Virus record (IMG/VR): IMGVR_UViG_2630968639_000002
Span: 53,817 to 73,816 of that record
DNA: 20,000 bases
Direction: 5' to 3' (one strand)
DNA from: an uncultured virus (IMG/VR IMGVR_UViG_2630968639_000002)
Taxonomy: Duplodnaviria > Heunggongvirae > Uroviricota > Caudoviricetes
Part shown: positions 15,963 through 20,000 of the stretch, one piece after another
How positions within the stretch are numbered: the first letter of the stretch is position 1
Layout of the letters: each line of letters starts with the position of its first letter
Translations under genes and position numbers: made by a program
Notes under the pieces: model-generated
Seen by the model: only the letters and a program-made list of their open reading frames with translations
What the model was told of the DNA's origin: nothing
Database searches by the model: none

Positions 15963-16322
15963 TTAACCTTTCTTCATCAACTCTCGTTTGATTTCATCGG
16001 TACGCATCGTGACATCGGCAGCGGTGATCGCCTCATTCAATTTCACGATGTCCTCGATTTCCTGCGGTGACTTCTCTGCCAGATGGAAAATGGCTGCTCG
16101 AATCACGTCAGAACGAGTGAACTTCTCGAAGCGAGGGATGAACTTCATCATCTCCAGCAGTTCGAAGTATTCGTCCTCCAGTGACATTGTGCGGCTTTTA
16201 ATTTTCTCTTTGCCACGAGTCGGGCGTCCCTGTGGTCTGACTGGTTGGCGCAAAGGAGTTGTGTTCTTAGCCGGTGCATCAGGCTCTTTGCGCTTTGCTA
16301 GGTCACCCATTTTCATGGACAT
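15963..16322 (-). CDS. Small partition partner of ParA (RHH-like centromere-binding protein)
   Basis: Coupled to parA; flexible basic N-terminus then SRTMSL...TRSDVIRAAI RHH-like pattern. Confidence 0.65.
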   Translation of the reverse strand: MSMKMGDLAKRKEPDAPAKNTTPLRQPVRPQGRPTRGKEKIKSRTMSLEDEYFELLEMMKFIPRFEKFTRSDVIRAAIFHLAEKSPQEIEDIVKLNEAITAADVTMRTDEIKRELMKKG

Positions 16323-16990
16323 TATTCTTCTTCCTCCAGACTCAACAGATAATCTACAAATTCTTCAAACTCGGCTTCCGCCTTTTTGTCGCGCTCGCTA
16401 CCGGTCATTTCAAAGATAGAGCGACCAGACTCTTCCGCATCATCATAGACGTTGCGGTTATATAGATTGACTGGCGCAGACTCGATTCCAAACGTCTCAA
16501 CAATCTCTTTAGCCGCCAGAATGCGAGACACTTGTGATGGCAAAGCCGGGCACTGGTTCATGACCGCGCGGACCTTCACTTTATCGTTTACATTGCGAAC
16601 ATTGTCGATAATAGGATCGATGTCACGTAAAGATTTCAAATCACGACGCTTAGGACGCAGCGGGATAATGATAACGTCAGCCATCAGCATCGCTTGTCGC
16701 TGAATTTCGGAGTCGAAGCCACCAGCATCTACCACTACAAACTCAGCTCTACCCTGAAGCGATTTTAGGTGCTTAATGATGTCATCCTGAACGTATGCAA
16801 AAGGAATCAGCTCAAGGTCTTCGTTCTGTCGACGGTCTTCACACCAGCTCGTTGTCGTGCGCTGAATATCTATATCGGTAATATAAACCTTCTTCTTCTT
16901 TTTGACTTTCAGGCAAACGGCAATTTGCTGGGCAACGGTGGATTTGCCAGGCCCGCCCTTTGTGCCGCCAACCACAAAGATCTTGGTCAT
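16322..16990 (-). CDS. parA: ParA-family partition ATPase (type Ib, no N-terminal HTH)
   Basis: Deviant Walker A KGGPGKST, DIDIQ, VVVDAG, ADVIIIP. Confidence 0.92.
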   Translation of the reverse strand: MTKIFVVGGTKGGPGKSTVAQQIAVCLKVKKKKKVYITDIDIQRTTTSWCEDRRQNEDLELIPFAYVQDDIIKHLKSLQGRAEFVVVDAGGFDSEIQRQAMLMADVIIIPLRPKRRDLKSLRDIDPIIDNVRNVNDKVKVRAVMNQCPALPSQVSRILAAKEIVETFGIESAPVNLYNRNVYDDAEESGRSIFEMTGSERDKKAEAEFEEFVDYLLSLEEEE

Positions 16991-17136
16991 TGGAGAGTTC
17001 CCTTTGCGTATATAATTATCGTCTGAAACAACTTGTTTTCTTATATGTGATATAGCCTAAATGCCTACGGCTGAGGTGTAAAGGTTAAATGGTAGGTTGT
17101 GATTAACAATTGGCAATCATAGCTTGTATTTGTCTG

Positions 17137-17188
17137 TTGAAAAAAGTAACAATGACCTCTATATTACAAGTACGGTGATATGCCGTAC
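17137..17188 (+). promoter_or_regulatory. Toxin-antitoxin promoter and operator
   Basis: TTGAAA-N17-TATATT followed by palindrome GTACGG-tgatatg-CCGTAC (17170-17188), like operators of RHH-GNAT TA systems. Confidence 0.7.
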
Positions 17189-17308
17189 ACAATTTGATAA
17201 TGCACACGTAATGGGCTATAGCCTTTTAAAGTAATTTTTGAGTCGAAAACTCAGTTTGAACAGAGGAGATTGATGGCCTTCCTACATCACGGCCATCAGG
17301 AGGAATAC

Positions 17309-17578
17309 ATGTCAGCACTAAAAAAGCAGCGCATCGATTTGAGATTAACCGATGACGATAAAAGCATCATCGAGGAAGCTGCCGCAATGTCTAACCAGAG
17401 CATTACTCAGTTTATGGTTAGCAGTGCATCTGAACGTGCCGTGAAAGTTATAGAGCAACACCGTAGACTAGTTCTGAATGAAGAATCCTGGAATCTGGTT
17501 ATGGACGCTATAAGCAATCCTCCGGCACCGAACGACAAGCTGAAACGAGCTGCTGATCGTCTGAAAAGCATGGAGTAG
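17309..17578 (+). CDS. tacA: DUF1778 RHH antitoxin (TacA/AtaR/KacA family)
   Basis: KKQRIDLRL...IEEAA...SITQF...NPPAPNDKLKRA; AGGAGG RBS before ATG 17309. Confidence 0.9.
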   Translation: MSALKKQRIDLRLTDDDKSIIEEAAAMSNQSITQFMVSSASERAVKVIEQHRRLVLNEESWNLVMDAISNPPAPNDKLKRAADRLKSME

Positions 17579-17585
17579 TTTACTC

Positions 17586-18107
17586 GTGAGCAATACAACG
17601 ATAGAGATTTTCTCTGGAGAGAAAGATTATGATCTAAACGGTTTTGATTGCGGCGAAGAGTCACTAAACGCCTTTTTAGCCAACCACTTAAAAAGGCAGC
17701 ATGAGGGAAAAATTCTTCGTGCTTATGTGCTTTGCACTCAAGAAGAAAGGCCAAAAGTGTTAGGATATTACACTTTGTCAGGTAGTTGTTTTGAAAAGGA
17801 GTCCTTACCTTCAAGAAGCAAACAAAAGAAGGTTCCTTATCGGAATGTTCCAAGTGTTACTTTGGGTAGGCTGGCTTTGGACAAGTCCCTTCAAGGTCAA
17901 GGATTTGGCTCAATGCTTGTAACACATGCAATGCGCGTTGTGTACAATGCATCTCTTGCTGTAGGCATTCATGGACTTTTCGTTGAGGCGTTAAATGACA
18001 AAGCCAAGGCGTTTTATAAAAGTTTAGGCTTTGTCCAGCTGGTTGGTAACAACGAGCGTTCTTTGTTCTATCCTACAAAATCTATCGAAAAATTGTTCGA
18101 AGAATAA
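17586..18107 (+). CDS. tacT: GNAT acetyltransferase toxin (TacT/AtaT/KacT family)
   Basis: FDCG...LN.FL, LGRLA, acetyl-CoA motif QGQGFG, AKAFYKSLGF; follows the antitoxin. Confidence 0.9.
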   Translation: MSNTTIEIFSGEKDYDLNGFDCGEESLNAFLANHLKRQHEGKILRAYVLCTQEERPKVLGYYTLSGSCFEKESLPSRSKQKKVPYRNVPSVTLGRLALDKSLQGQGFGSMLVTHAMRVVYNASLAVGIHGLFVEALNDKAKAFYKSLGFVQLVGNNERSLFYPTKSIEKLFEE

Positions 18108-18110
18108 TGT

Positions 18111-18132
18111 GTTCCCCTCATTTGAGGGGAAC
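18111..18132. terminator. Hairpin between the TA operon and lysis genes
   Basis: GTTCCCCTCA-tt-TGAGGGGAAC. Confidence 0.65.
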
Positions 18133-18139
18133 TTCGACA

Positions 18140-18325
18140 TCACCAACCACAAACCCTCTCTCCCATCGTATTGTGAAAAAGGATTTGGCGTTCGGTTTCT
18201 TCAGTCATTACATCATTATTGCTGATATAGATAGGCTCAGCCCCATCGCAGAACAACACGCTGGCTGTTTGTGGTTTAATGACGCACCCACTTATCATAC
18301 AACTCACGATGAACGGCAGAAGCAT
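18140..18325 (-). CDS. o-spanin-like lipoprotein (Rz1-like)
   Basis: MLLPFIVSCMISG-C lipobox; start overlaps the 3' end of the i-spanin in another frame. Confidence 0.7.
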   Translation of the reverse strand: MLLPFIVSCMISGCVIKPQTASVLFCDGAEPIYISNNDVMTEETERQILFHNTMGERVCGW

Positions 18326-18527
18326 CTTTCTGACGTATTTTACTGCTCGTCTCATTCACCACTTTCACTGTGTTTTGAAGTCGTTTTCTGTCTTCCTGTT
18401 TTGCCTTCTCTTCCATTGCTCGTCGCGCCGCATTCCCGCCCATCGTGTAAGCGCCGACAAGAACGAAAAGAACGGCAGCCAGCGTAATCAAAGCAACTTT
18501 TAGCTTTGTCATCAGGCTGCCTAGCAT
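18276..18527 (-). CDS. i-spanin-like protein (Rz-like)
   Basis: N-terminal TM helix plus coiled coil; follows the endolysin. Confidence 0.7.
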   Translation of the reverse strand: MLGSLMTKLKVALITLAAVLFVLVGAYTMGGNAARRAMEEKAKQEDRKRLQNTVKVVNETSSKIRQKDASAVHRELYDKWVRH

Positions 18528-18528
18528 A

Positions 18529-19221
18529 TTAGACCATCCCTTTCTGGTGTTTTCTTACCTGCGACCAGGCAATGAATCCTGCCACAACAATAGTGGCAAT
18601 ACCGAAGATGATGCGTACTGTATCCCCGCTAGAGATATGACCTTGTGCTTTATCCATAGCAGCGGAAACCTGCGGCATAACATCGGCCAGCTGCGCCAGA
18701 CCAATACCTGCTGTAACAGTTGCGCCTGCGGTTTCTTTAGTTACAGGAACAGCCTTCACGGTTTTCACCGGCTTAACAACGCCAGCTCGACGCAGACCTT
18801 CCTCAATAACTTCTGCCGCATACCAGGTGTTCAGCGTTTTTAGCGGGCCTCGGCCATTCTCGTGGCGAATGATTGCCTCAACCAAAGGTCGAAGGATGTC
18901 GTAATCATGCAGATCGATGATCATGTCTGCGGTTACACCAACGGCTTTAGACACCTCATTAATGTAGGCGTCAGTATTGTTTTCATTCGGCGGTGCCCAG
19001 CGTTCAATAACTTCACGAATGGTATCGATACTTGTGCCGTCTTTTGCGCGACGTTTATCGTGGTAGGTAATTAGAGTCACCGCCAGCGCACGAATCCCCC
19101 AAACAGGGTCTTTAAACGTGCAAAAGCGCGGTTCGGCAGGGTTGTCGATTAGCCCCTGCCACGGCGAACCTTTGTCGAGGTTGCCAGGGTTGTTATTACG
19201 AATGCCTCTCGGAGTTTTCAT
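18529..19221 (-). CDS. Lysozyme-fold endolysin-like protein with C-terminal membrane segment
   Basis: RGIRNNNPGNL, RWAPPNEN, IIRHENG motifs; CAGGAG RBS before ATG 19221; position in lysis cassette. Confidence 0.75.
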   Translation of the reverse strand: MKTPRGIRNNNPGNLDKGSPWQGLIDNPAEPRFCTFKDPVWGIRALAVTLITYHDKRRAKDGTSIDTIREVIERWAPPNENNTDAYINEVSKAVGVTADMIIDLHDYDILRPLVEAIIRHENGRGPLKTLNTWYAAEVIEEGLRRAGVVKPVKTVKAVPVTKETAGATVTAGIGLAQLADVMPQVSAAMDKAQGHISSGDTVRIIFGIATIVVAGFIAWSQVRKHQKGMV

Positions 19222-19234
19222 CCTTGATCTCCTG

Positions 19235-19558
19235 TTATTGCAGTCCATTCTTCACGCCATAAGCGGCCAGACCCAGCAGCAGCGCGGTAATCAGGAACGA
19301 CGTTATCTTTGAGATAATGCCGCCAAAGAACCCGCTGGAGATGGCGTCTAGCCGATTAAGTAGTTTGTCCAGGTTGGAGTGCTGAATGCTGTGTTGCGAA
19401 GGCGTCATATCGCCAAAGTAGGCTTTGAGCTGGTCGTTGACCTCCTGGCCAATTTCCTCACGCAACTCCTTACCTAATTTGCCGACAACTTCACGCGCAA
19501 CGATAGCGGCAATGCGCTCTACCTGCTCTGGCGTTACGCCTGCCATCTCGTTCGACAT
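19235..19558 (-). CDS. Holin-like membrane protein
   Basis: C-terminal TM helix, upstream of the endolysin; GGAGG RBS. Confidence 0.55.
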   Translation of the reverse strand: MSNEMAGVTPEQVERIAAIVAREVVGKLGKELREEIGQEVNDQLKAYFGDMTPSQHSIQHSNLDKLLNRLDAISSGFFGGIISKITSFLITALLLGLAAYGVKNGLQ

Positions 19559-19632
19559 TATTTCCTCCATGAATCGTCAAATCGGGATGGCGGTTTTATA
19601 TCATAAAACGCCCACACTTGGTAGGTAAGTAC

Positions 19633-19998
19633 TTACACATGAGCGCCGTAAATTGCCCCAACTTTAGTCCAAGTTGGAGCATTACCAGTAACAGCTTTAC
19701 CAGCTGCTCCGCCGTTATATTCTGTACCGTTACCTTGAGTATTACATCTTCCTCCAGCAGCACCGACATTACCACCCGAACCGCCTGTATATGCACTAAG
19801 AGACCCCTCACCAACAGATCCTTTACCAGGAGCGGAAATAGTACCAGCAGTTGCACCGGAACTCATATGAGAGGAAGACCCACCAGCACCGAATGGGCAA
19901 CCACCGCCACCACCAAATATTAGTTTACCCCTGTTACCGCCGCCACCGCCGCCACCACCTCCAGCGATTGCACCATTATTCGTAATACGCAAGCGTGT
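19633..19998 (-). CDS. C-terminus of a T-even gp38-like tail-fibre adhesin (partial)
   Basis: Polyglycine motifs NNGAIAGGGGGGG, GGGGGCPFG, GGAAGKAV, PTW..VGAIYG. Confidence 0.8.
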   Translation of the reverse strand, partial: TRLRITNNGAIAGGGGGGGGGNRGKLIFGGGGGCPFGAGGSSSHMSSGATAGTISAPGKGSVGEGSLSAYTGGSGGNVGAAGGRCNTQGNGTEYNGGAAGKAVTGNAPTWTKVGAIYGAHV

Positions 19999-20000
19999 AC

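Overview
This window looks like part of a temperate phage-plasmid of enterobacteria. The gene content and order resemble my recollection of the SSU5/pHCM2-like group; this was not checked by search. The minus-strand backbone runs, from the right end: gp38-like tail-fibre adhesin (partial), lysis cassette (holin-like, lysozyme-like, i-/o-spanin), ParA plus small partner, replication block (unknown ORF, DnaB-like helicase, TOPRIM primase), ATP-dependent DNA ligase and small ORFs, a ~1.5 kb non-coding transcription unit with four tRNAs, glutaredoxin, a tyrosine recombinase, and a CobT-like VWA protein with a probable CobS-like ATPase (partial). Plus-strand genes are an XRE regulator and three accessory cassettes: a putative Abi membrane protein, a GIY-YIG nuclease and a DUF1778/GNAT toxin-antitoxin. 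The most unusual features are non-coding. (1) An array of long RNase III-like stems with shared CACAAC/GTTGTG ends and variable loops is interleaved with the tRNAs, and may be a processed small-RNA polycistron. (2) A 13-7-13 lox-like site and a LexA box lie upstream of the recombinase, and one arm of the site recurs twice downstream. (3) A 20-bp palindromic operator occurs about 8 times. (4) A candidate antisense RNA lies between the helicase and primase genes.
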